Source of the DNA: an archaeon
GTDB taxonomy: Archaea; Iainarchaeota; Iainarchaeia; Iainarchaeales; JBDRCV01
Direction: 5' to 3'
DNA: 33,668 nt
NCBI GenBank assembly: GCA_043821385.1
Contig: JBDRCV010000008.1
Coordinates: forward strand, 1-33,668
How positions within the stretch are numbered: the first letter of the stretch is position 1; each line of letters opens with the position of its first letter. Below, piece by piece: positions 23,269 through 30,734 of this stretch. Made by a program: the position numbers and the translations under genes. A model generated the notes under the pieces. The model had not been told where the DNA came from and did no database searches. It worked only from the letters and a program-made list of their open reading frames with translations.

Positions 23269-23989
23269 AAGTTAAAGCACTCATTAAAAGAATTCCAATC
23301 AAGAAAACAATGAAGTTAGTGAAAGATTTTTTTCTGTTAGTTTCTTTTTTTAATTCAGGAATTAAATCTGAAGCTGAAACGTAAATAAAGCCGCCTGCAG
23401 CAAAAGCCAAAATTATGAAAGAAAAAACTTGAATTTGCTCTAAGAAAAAGAATCCAATCAAACCGCCAGCAACAGCAGTTAAAGCAGTAACAAAGTTTAA
23501 GAATAAAGCTCTCTTTTTATTCATTCCACTGTAAACTAATACTCCAAAATCACCTAATTCTTGAGGGATTTCATGCAAAATAATTGCAATAACACTAATT
23601 ATTCCTAAACTATTTCCCATAATAAAACTTGCCGCAATAATTAATCCATCAACAAAATTATGAATTGCATCACCTAAAAGATTCAAGTAACCAAAAGCAT
23701 GAATCTTGCATTCTTTGTCATGGCAATGATGCCAGTGAAAAACTTTTTCAATCAAAAAGAAAACAATAAAGCCAACTAAAACAAAAGAAACAGCTGACGC
23801 TTCATGCTCTAAAGCTTCCGGAAGCAAATGCAAGAACGCACCACCAAGCAAGGCTCCAGCTGAAAGCGAAATCAAAATGTGAAGGATTTTATCCAAAAAC
23901 TTTTCTTTCAAATAAAGAGTTAAAACTCCAATAAAAGAAATAACACTAACTAGAATAGTGCTAAGCAAAATCCAGATTAAAACACTCAT
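23258..23989 (-). CDS. ZIP-family divalent metal (zinc) transporter
   Basis: 243 aa, multi-TM, with ZIP signatures AIHNFVDGLIIAASF and HEIPQELGDFGVLV. A His/Cys-rich loop reads HWHHCHDKECKIH. Its 3' end overlaps the convergent NMD3-like gene by 11 nt. Confidence 0.85.
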   Translation of the reverse strand: MSVLIWILLSTILVSVISFIGVLTLYLKEKFLDKILHILISLSAGALLGGAFLHLLPEALEHEASAVSFVLVGFIVFFLIEKVFHWHHCHDKECKIHAFGYLNLLGDAIHNFVDGLIIAASFIMGNSLGIISVIAIILHEIPQELGDFGVLVYSGMNKKRALFLNFVTALTAVAGGLIGFFFLEQIQVFSFIILAFAAGGFIYVSASDLIPELKKETNRKKSFTNFIVFLIGILLMSALTFIG

Positions 23990-24078
23990 TTTACTCTACA
24001 TTAATTTAACTACTAATTACTTATATATATAACTTAAAACTTTAATTAATCGCAAAATCTTTTTTCGGGGGTTGTTTA

Positions 24079-27000
24079 ATGAAAAAAAATTTATTAATTT
24101 TAATGTTTTTGTGCTTGCTTATATTTAGCGTGCAAGCAGCAAAAACAGTTAACCTAACAGTTACAGAGCAAGCAGGAGTAAACAGAACTGAAGTCGTAAG
24201 CAATGGAGTGCCTTTTGCTCAAGGCGATTTAACGAGTTTAGATAACTTAAAGTTAAAGGAAGGTATAACAGAACTACCATTACAAGCTCGCTCTCTGGCT
24301 GTTTGGCCTGATAGAAGTTATAAGTGGATTTTAATTGACTTTCCAATTCAATTAAACGCTAACGCAAGCAAAAACCTAACTTTAGAGTATGGTTCTGCAA
24401 TTTCTTCAAACGCAGCCCCTGAAAACGCTGTAAACGTTAACGAAACCCCAAACAATGTGACAGTTGATAACGGTTTACTGGAAATAGTAATAAACAAGAA
24501 TAATTTTAACTTATTTGACAGTGTTAAAGTTGACGGCTTGGAAATAATTTCAAGTAATTCAAAAAATGGGCCGCATATTCTTGGAATTGATGAACTGGAA
24601 ACTGATTACTTTAGTTCAAACGATTCAAGTGTTACTGTGGAGTTAGAGGAAGAAGGGCCAATTAAAACAGTATTAAAAATTAATGGAACTCATAAGGCAA
24701 ACAATGGAAGTGACCTAAAACTTGATTTCACTGTAAGAATCACTGTTTTTGCTAACAGCAAGACAGTGAAAGTTTACTATACTTTAGAAAACACTCAGTG
24801 CCCTTTAGGAGTTTACCTGGGAGACAATTGTGCTAGTTTTTTCAAAGAATTAAACCTTGAGAATTACTTGAACCTGAATGAAACTCCAACAATTAAATTT
24901 AATGGTTACAGTGACAGCTCTAATTCCAGTTATTCATTGTATCAAAATAATGAGTACGAGGATTCAGCTGACGGCAAAGACTTTTATTATAACATTAAAA
25001 AAGGAACAAACCAAGTTAGTTCAGGCGAAAAATACGATGGCTGGGTTAACGTTAAAGATAACGAAAAAGGTTTAATGGTTGGAGTAAGAAACTTCTGGCA
25101 AAAATACCCTAACAAACTAACTTTTTCTGAAGACAACTTAAAAATTGGTTTTTGGCCAAGAGAAAGCAGTGGACCATACCTTTGGCTTAGTGGAATCAAA
25201 TCAAGTCAGTACCAGGAATCAGAAACAAACTATGTTTTGCCTGGAGCCAGAACTACAAGAAACGAATTAATTTACGTTTTCCAGTCAACAAGTGATAACG
25301 TTAACCATTCAAACGAAATGAAAAAATTTAATAACCCTTTACTTGCAGTGCCAGCACCAAGTTATACTATAGGAACTAACGCAGTCTTTAACCCTACACT
25401 TGAAAGGCTTGACTGGGAAGAACAGTTTCCTGACGACCCAGAATTAGTTACTGCTTTGAATAGAATGGAAAGATTTAATCAAATGAATTGGGATGCAAGT
25501 GTTACAGACATTCCAGCAAACTCTAGTTGTGGTATTGAGCCTTTCGGTCAAAGAAATTTTTGGGACTGGATGGAATGCAATGCAAGATATTTTGGCTGGA
25601 GTAATTTTGGAGATATTCCTTGGAGTGAAGGTTTTTCTTCACTGCATTATGATTGGACTCATGGTTCAATGGCAAACTTTTATAGAACCAATGACTATGA
25701 ATTGTTTTTGATTTCAAGAGAGTTAGCTGAACACAGGTTTACAATCGACCAATTTCATAATGGGAACTTGCCTAGAAGGGCAGTGGATGGTTTTGCAGGA
25801 GTTTACGAGAAAGGATACTGGCACGGAGATTACAAAGAACCAAACCCAAGCCACACTTGGATTCAAGGACTACTTGAATACTATGTTTTAACTGGAGATG
25901 AAGAAGCAAGAGAAGCTGCAACTTTAACTGGGGACAATTATCTTTACACTCGTTACTGGACTGATTTTAAAAATGAATGGGGTGACGGGCCAGGAGATTA
26001 TGCTTGTAACCCTGAAACAAGGGTTCCTGCTTGGAGTATTGAAGCTTTCACTGAAATGTATTTCTTGACAGCAGATTCAAAGTACTTGGAAATGAGTGAA
26101 AAAATAATTGACAGTGTCATAGAATGCGAGCAAGAAGACGGAGGACAAGGATTCATTTTATACGATCATCCAAATGAAGGTTCACAATCTCAAGCATGGA
26201 TGCATGCATTACTAGTTCAAGCAATAGGAAAACACCAGCTAGCAAGATTACAAGCATCAGAGTATGGTGAACTTGACTCTGAATCTGTTGCTTTAATGAA
26301 AAGAATTAGTGACTGGTTGTTGAAAGGACAAAAAAAAGATGCTAACGGTTATTGTTTGACAGCAGAACCATTAATTGGACCTCATCGCGGAGGATGTTTT
26401 AATCCAGCTAACCCAGAAGAATACAAACCATTACAAACAGTCAGGCGTTGGGCTCCAGACAGAATAATAGAAGATGCAAGCCAAGTAACACACATTTCAT
26501 ACTTTATTGACGCTTTCGCTTTCACTTACTATGTTACCAGCGAACAAAAATACTTAGATGAAGCAAAAGAACACGCGATTGACTATTATAAGTATTATCA
26601 AGTAAGGCACGCTCCAGGTTACACTTACCACCCAGAATTCTTTACTCCTGAAGAAGAAAGTTATTCAGATATTTCATTTAAGTTAAACACTTACCCTGGA
26701 ACTGAAAGCAAAAACCTTGGCTGGGCTAGAAGAGCAGGAATATTCTTTTTAAGCGTGCTAGACGGCATAACACCCTTACAATCATGTGAAAGTGATTTAG
26801 GAGGCTACTGTTGTTTAAACCAACAATTTTGTGAAGGAGAAGATTTAGGTTACAGTGACTGTGGAACAACTTGCTGTAGTATTTCATGCAGTTCTGATAC
26901 AACTCCGCCAGAATTTAATGGTTTAGACGGAGTAAGAGACGAACAAACAGGAGGAAGCTTAACTTTAAGCTGGCAGCCAGCAATAGACGACTACAGTGAC

Positions 27001-28827
27001 ACCATAACTTACAAAGTTTACTTGAAAACAAATGGAAACTATGACTTTGGTAACCCAAGCTATACAACAACAAACACTAATCTTACTGTCAACAACCTTG
27101 AAAACTTTGAATTATACTACTTTGTTGTCAGAGCAGTAGACGAAGCAGGCAATGAAGAAAATAATTTAATTGAAAGACCAGGAATTCCAACACCTGAAGA
27201 AACTCAATGGATTGTTGGAGGAACAAATCATCCTAATTGGGATGGAACAATTCTAAGCAATATTGAAATAGTTGACGGTAAAGCAAGATTAAAATTAGTT
27301 GAAGAAGGCATTCCAGGAACACCAGACGACCCATACATTGAAGACTTTGAAGGTTATTCAGGAGATGAAACTGGTGAATGGGTTGACACTAGCGCAGATT
27401 ATTCTTTAACTATTGATGATGAATTGTTTAAAATTACAAGCGGCCAGTATAGTGAAAGACAATTAAGACCTTTGGGTTCAAGTAATATTAGTAACGCTCA
27501 CTCTCACTATGAAGAAGGTTTAAGTTGGAGTGATTATACTTTGGAAGCAGAATTATGGTATTATAATCCTAACGCTGGAGTTGGAGCAACGTTTTTCTCT
27601 CAATACCCAAACACTGACGCTTACTATGCTTTAATAACGGAAAGTAATAACAGGGTTCCAAGGATTGTTGTTAGAAATAATGGCGAAACAACTGATTTAA
27701 GTTGTAGTGGAACAACAAGCTATACTACCAGCACTGACGATGGATTCCTGATAAAAGTAGAAGTAAAGGACGAAGCAGGCAGTACAGTAATTAAAGCAAA
27801 AGTCTGGAATGATTCAGCTGACGAGCCAGAAACATGGGAAATAACCTGCAGTGATTCATCAAGCAACAGGTTGACTACAGGAACCATTGGAACTTGGGTT
27901 GACGGAAGCGACAGAATGGGAATAGATGACATTACAGTAACCTTTGATGGAAGTGAAGAAGGCACTCCAAGCGAGTATGCTTCAACTGGAATAATTACTT
28001 CACCAGTGTTTAATACTTCAGAATTCTTGAATGCTAGCTGGCAGGAACTAGATTGGATTGAAACATTACCTTCTGGAACAAGTGTTAGTTTTGAAGTCAG
28101 AGGTTCTAACAATATATTCCAACAAGAAGGAGCAGCATCACCTTGGATTACAGTTTCAGGAAAACCAGTAACTGACATACCGTTACCAACAAACATTAAC
28201 TACCGAGAAGTAACTTACATTCAATGGCGTGCAATACTTTCAACAGACAACACTGAAATAACTCCAGAGTTAAGTAGTATAACAGCAACTTTTGACTCTG
28301 AAATTTATTGTGATGATGTTGGAGGAAGTTGTTTAGAATCCTGCAGTAACTTATTTGATTGTTCAGCTTATAGTTCAGCAGTCTGTACAACCGGAGTTTG
28401 TTGTACTGGAACCTGCAGTATTGAACAACCACCCCCAAGCCCACCACAACAACCACCTCCAGGAGAAATACCTCCAACTTGCGGCAACGGAATAATTGAT
28501 TCAGGAGAAAATTGCAGTAATTGTCCAACAGATTATAGTTGCAGTGGAAATACTGCTTGCTGTAATACTTCCTGTGAAACATTAGAATGTTTAACTGACA
28601 GCGACTGTGAAGATTACAGACTAGAAACAATCGACGTCTGCCAAAACAAAGGAACATGCAATGCAACCTGCACTAACACAACAATTAACACAACTCCAGT
28701 CATACAATTACCTGAAGAAATAACAACAAACACCCCAAGAGTAGAAACACCAATAACAACACTAACAGACTTCATTAACATGATACTAGAAGTGATAACA
28801 AGAATTTTTACTTTCAGGCCATTGTAA
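24079..28827 (+). CDS. Secreted 1582-aa multidomain protein: beta-sandwich + (alpha/alpha)6-toroid polysaccharide lyase/hydrolase-like region (PcRGLX/PL26-like, tentative), FN3, lectin-type jelly-roll, beta-sandwich module, Cys-rich and Pro-rich C-terminus
   Basis: Signal peptide MKKNLLILMFLCLLIFSVQA after a GGGGG SD. The N-terminus GVPFAQGDL...WPDRSYKWILIDF and the toroid-like WSNFGDIPW...HYDWTHG...SHTWIQGLLEYYVLTGDEEAREAA resemble exo-rhamnogalacturonan-lyase-like enzymes. An FN3 domain spans about 26905-27170 (LTLSWQPAIDD...YYFVVRAVDEAGNEE). A jelly-roll spans about 27335-27945, ending GIDDITVTF. Cys-rich blocks include CGNGIIDSGENCSNCPTDYSC. A PPPSPPQQPPPGEIPP linker is present. Confidence 0.6.
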   Translation: MKKNLLILMFLCLLIFSVQAAKTVNLTVTEQAGVNRTEVVSNGVPFAQGDLTSLDNLKLKEGITELPLQARSLAVWPDRSYKWILIDFPIQLNANASKNLTLEYGSAISSNAAPENAVNVNETPNNVTVDNGLLEIVINKNNFNLFDSVKVDGLEIISSNSKNGPHILGIDELETDYFSSNDSSVTVELEEEGPIKTVLKINGTHKANNGSDLKLDFTVRITVFANSKTVKVYYTLENTQCPLGVYLGDNCASFFKELNLENYLNLNETPTIKFNGYSDSSNSSYSLYQNNEYEDSADGKDFYYNIKKGTNQVSSGEKYDGWVNVKDNEKGLMVGVRNFWQKYPNKLTFSEDNLKIGFWPRESSGPYLWLSGIKSSQYQESETNYVLPGARTTRNELIYVFQSTSDNVNHSNEMKKFNNPLLAVPAPSYTIGTNAVFNPTLERLDWEEQFPDDPELVTALNRMERFNQMNWDASVTDIPANSSCGIEPFGQRNFWDWMECNARYFGWSNFGDIPWSEGFSSLHYDWTHGSMANFYRTNDYELFLISRELAEHRFTIDQFHNGNLPRRAVDGFAGVYEKGYWHGDYKEPNPSHTWIQGLLEYYVLTGDEEAREAATLTGDNYLYTRYWTDFKNEWGDGPGDYACNPETRVPAWSIEAFTEMYFLTADSKYLEMSEKIIDSVIECEQEDGGQGFILYDHPNEGSQSQAWMHALLVQAIGKHQLARLQASEYGELDSESVALMKRISDWLLKGQKKDANGYCLTAEPLIGPHRGGCFNPANPEEYKPLQTVRRWAPDRIIEDASQVTHISYFIDAFAFTYYVTSEQKYLDEAKEHAIDYYKYYQVRHAPGYTYHPEFFTPEEESYSDISFKLNTYPGTESKNLGWARRAGIFFLSVLDGITPLQSCESDLGGYCCLNQQFCEGEDLGYSDCGTTCCSISCSSDTTPPEFNGLDGVRDEQTGGSLTLSWQPAIDDYSDTITYKVYLKTNGNYDFGNPSYTTTNTNLTVNNLENFELYYFVVRAVDEAGNEENNLIERPGIPTPEETQWIVGGTNHPNWDGTILSNIEIVDGKARLKLVEEGIPGTPDDPYIEDFEGYSGDETGEWVDTSADYSLTIDDELFKITSGQYSERQLRPLGSSNISNAHSHYEEGLSWSDYTLEAELWYYNPNAGVGATFFSQYPNTDAYYALITESNNRVPRIVVRNNGETTDLSCSGTTSYTTSTDDGFLIKVEVKDEAGSTVIKAKVWNDSADEPETWEITCSDSSSNRLTTGTIGTWVDGSDRMGIDDITVTFDGSEEGTPSEYASTGIITSPVFNTSEFLNASWQELDWIETLPSGTSVSFEVRGSNNIFQQEGAASPWITVSGKPVTDIPLPTNINYREVTYIQWRAILSTDNTEITPELSSITATFDSEIYCDDVGGSCLESCSNLFDCSAYSSAVCTTGVCCTGTCSIEQPPPSPPQQPPPGEIPPTCGNGIIDSGENCSNCPTDYSCSGNTACCNTSCETLECLTDSDCEDYRLETIDVCQNKGTCNATCTNTTINTTPVIQLPEEITTNTPRVETPITTLTDFINMILEVITRIFTFRPL

Positions 28828-28836
28828 AAAATAGTT

Positions 28837-28866
28837 GGGCTTTAAAGCCCTTCTCTTTCTTTTTTA
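28837..28866. terminator. Bidirectional terminator candidate between convergent genes
   Basis: A perfect 14-nt palindrome GGGCTTTAAAGCCC (28837-28850) is followed by T-rich TTCTCTTTCTTTTTT. An A-run precedes it, which would serve the opposite strand. Confidence 0.5.
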
Positions 28867-29565
28867 CTCTAGTTCAGCTAAATTTTTCAATATTTCGTGA
28901 ATTGGAGTTTTAGTTACAATTAAAGGAATTTTTTCCGTGCGAGCAATCTTTACTGCAACAGGATCAACAACACCTTTTACTCCATGCAAAACAACAATTG
29001 AAGGTTTCATGTCAGTTGAAAACCTGCTGATTTTTACTGCAATCATTGGAGATCTTCCAGATTCAACTGACTCAAAAATTAAAGCACGCTTTGGAGTCAA
29101 CCCAAAAAGTTTCAAATACTCATGAACCGGAACATCAATAATTACTTTCAAAGAATCAATTAAAGTATAACCATAAATTTGAACTGACTTTAAAAGAGCA
29201 GAATTAGCAACTACTTGCCCAGAAATTTTTTGCATGAATTCCATTCCAGTAATTGCTGAAGAAAACTCGTGAACATTAAAAACATCACTTACCGGCGTTA
29301 AATCTTTTTCAAGTTTTTTCAAGATATGCCCGCCACGCTTTTTATCAATTTCAATTAAAGAACTAACAAGCCTGTTAACAACAGTAATTCCAGGAGACTT
29401 TCTTCTTCCACCCTCATAATCAGAAATAGTGGAACTAGAAACCTTCAAATATTCAGCTAACTCTGTTTGACTAATTTCAAAAATTTCACGCCATTTTTTC
29501 ATACTGCCGCCAGGGTTCTTTGATAAAGCTATTTCTCCAGCCATGTTAACAGCAAGCTTATCCAT
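28864..29565 (-). CDS. XRE-type HTH transcriptional regulator with C-terminal domain (COG1395-like archaeal regulator)
   Basis: The HTH reads ISQTELAEYLKVSSSTISDYEGGRRKSPG, preceded by AGEIALSKNPGGSMKKWRE. I prefer the ATG at 29565 (MDKLAV...) because an ATTTAAAAA box (29595-29603, minus strand) sits about 30 nt upstream. The track start at 29574 is a TTG. Confidence 0.65.
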   Translation of the reverse strand: MDKLAVNMAGEIALSKNPGGSMKKWREIFEISQTELAEYLKVSSSTISDYEGGRRKSPGITVVNRLVSSLIEIDKKRGGHILKKLEKDLTPVSDVFNVHEFSSAITGMEFMQKISGQVVANSALLKSVQIYGYTLIDSLKVIIDVPVHEYLKLFGLTPKRALIFESVESGRSPMIAVKISRFSTDMKPSIVVLHGVKGVVDPVAVKIARTEKIPLIVTKTPIHEILKNLAELE

Positions 29566-29647
29566 AAAAATCAACAGAATTAAACAACAAAACCTTTTTA
29601 AATGATTAGCGAAGTTGATTACGACAATGTTAAGTGACTGTGGTAAG

Positions 29648-29720
29648 CAGGCCGGGCGGGAATCGAACCCGCAACCTACAGCTTAGGAGGCTGTTGCCAT
29701 ATCCATTAGGCCACCGGCCT
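29648..29720 (-). tRNA. tRNA-Arg (anticodon CCT), no encoded CCA
   Basis: Hand-folded cloverleaf from AGGCCGGTGGCCTAATGGATATGGCAACAGCCTCCTAAGCTGTAGGTTGCGGGTTCGATTCCCGCCCGGCCTG. The acceptor stem is 7 bp (AGGCCGG/CCGGCCT) and the anticodon stem 5 bp (ACAGC/GCTGT), with loop CT-CCT-AA. The T arm is GCGGG-TTCGATT-CCCGC and the discriminator is G. Confidence 0.9.
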
Positions 29721-29760
29721 TTCAAACACACTTAATACAAAACACAATACAAAGTATTTT

Positions 29761-30321
29761 TTAGATTAGAAGCAGTTTTAAAACCATGCCTGAAACAATT
29801 GGAATTGAAAGGTTATCGTTTACTGGAAGAAATTCTGCCAGCATTCCAGTGAATGCCACAAGAAAAGCAATGTTTGGCGGAAAAAGTATTGACAAAAAAA
29901 TAAAGGCAGCAACAATCCCGGCAACCGAGCCTTCAAGAGTCCTGTTGTTTAAAAGCCTGTGTTTTCCGATGGTTAAGCCAACAATTGTTGCAACCGAATC
30001 ACCAAAAACTACAACTATTAGTGCTCCAAGAACAATTAACTGGTTTTGAAAAACTAAAAGCAAAACTATTAAACCTAGAAAAAACATGAAGCTTCCTTGT
30101 CCAGGAATAAATCGCTCATGTTTTCTTTCAACTGTTTCAACTAGATAAGAGAAGAACGGAATAAGAATTCTTTTTTTTATCATGAAAGAAAAAATTAATC
30201 CAATTCCAAGCAATAATAAAACCAGAAAAAATAACTGGGTTACTGAAAGAATTGGAACTAAGAAAATAAAACAAGAACCTAAAGCCAAGTGAATGAACTG
30301 CCTTTTAATTTCTTTTAACAT
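29761..30321 (-). CDS. Polytopic membrane protein of the dolichol kinase / CTP-dependent polyprenol kinase / cytidylyltransferase family (COG0170-like)
   Basis: 186 aa with about 6 TM helices. The motif FGDSVATIVGLTIGKHRLLNNRTLEGSVAGIVAAF is typical of the family. Confidence 0.5.
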   Translation of the reverse strand: MLKEIKRQFIHLALGSCFIFLVPILSVTQLFFLVLLLLGIGLIFSFMIKKRILIPFFSYLVETVERKHERFIPGQGSFMFFLGLIVLLLVFQNQLIVLGALIVVVFGDSVATIVGLTIGKHRLLNNRTLEGSVAGIVAAFIFLSILFPPNIAFLVAFTGMLAEFLPVNDNLSIPIVSGMVLKLLLI

Positions 30322-30386
30322 GCATTAAAAGTAATTCAATGGGTTTTTTAATTGTTTTGCATTAAAATTAATTAAAGTGTTTTTTT

Positions 30387-30734
30387 ATGGCTCACAAACT
30401 TTACCTTGAAACCTTGAATCGATTTAAAAGAATTGGTGACAGTGAAAAAATTCGTTTTCTTGAAAGCTTGGACAAGAAAATTCTTCCAAGCCAGAAAAAC
30501 AAGATAGTTGAAAACGATAAAAGTATTACAAGAGAACTGTTTTTGCCGTCATGGGTTTCATGGGAATTAATTCGTTCTTGGGCTGTAAAAGACTTAAAGC
30601 AAAACACATGCGTTTTTTGTAACCAATTATTTGAAGACTTAAAAGAATTTAAAGGCAAGAGCATCTGCTCTTACTGTTTGCAGGAATTAGTGTCAGGACT
30701 TAATGCAAGCAGGCCAGAGGATGAAGAAATTTGA
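30387..30734 (+). CDS. Small protein with C-terminal C4 zinc-ribbon (ClpX-ZnF-like spacing)
   Basis: 115 aa with CVFCNQLFEDLKEFKGKSICSYCLQEL near the C-terminus. Its 3' end overlaps the start of the downstream surface-protein gene by 14 nt. Confidence 0.45.
   Translation: MAHKLYLETLNRFKRIGDSEKIRFLESLDKKILPSQKNKIVENDKSITRELFLPSWVSWELIRSWAVKDLKQNTCVFCNQLFEDLKEFKGKSICSYCLQELVSGLNASRPEDEEI

Noticed and set aside
24161-28666. Antisense or out-of-frame ORFs within the 1582-aa gene (24161-24346, 24878-25075, 24987-25199, 25493-25711, 25523-25717, 27720-28196, 28196-28666)
   Set aside because: They lie inside a continuous 4.7-kb ORF with a signal peptide and recognisable domains. The two about 157-aa antisense ORFs are low-complexity (L/V/S/Q-rich).
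29575-29760. tRNA-Arg flanks examined for an integrated element (tRNA genes are common att sites)
   Set aside because: I saw no duplicated tRNA 3' segment, no integrase and no compositional break on either side. The neighbours look like ordinary housekeeping genes.
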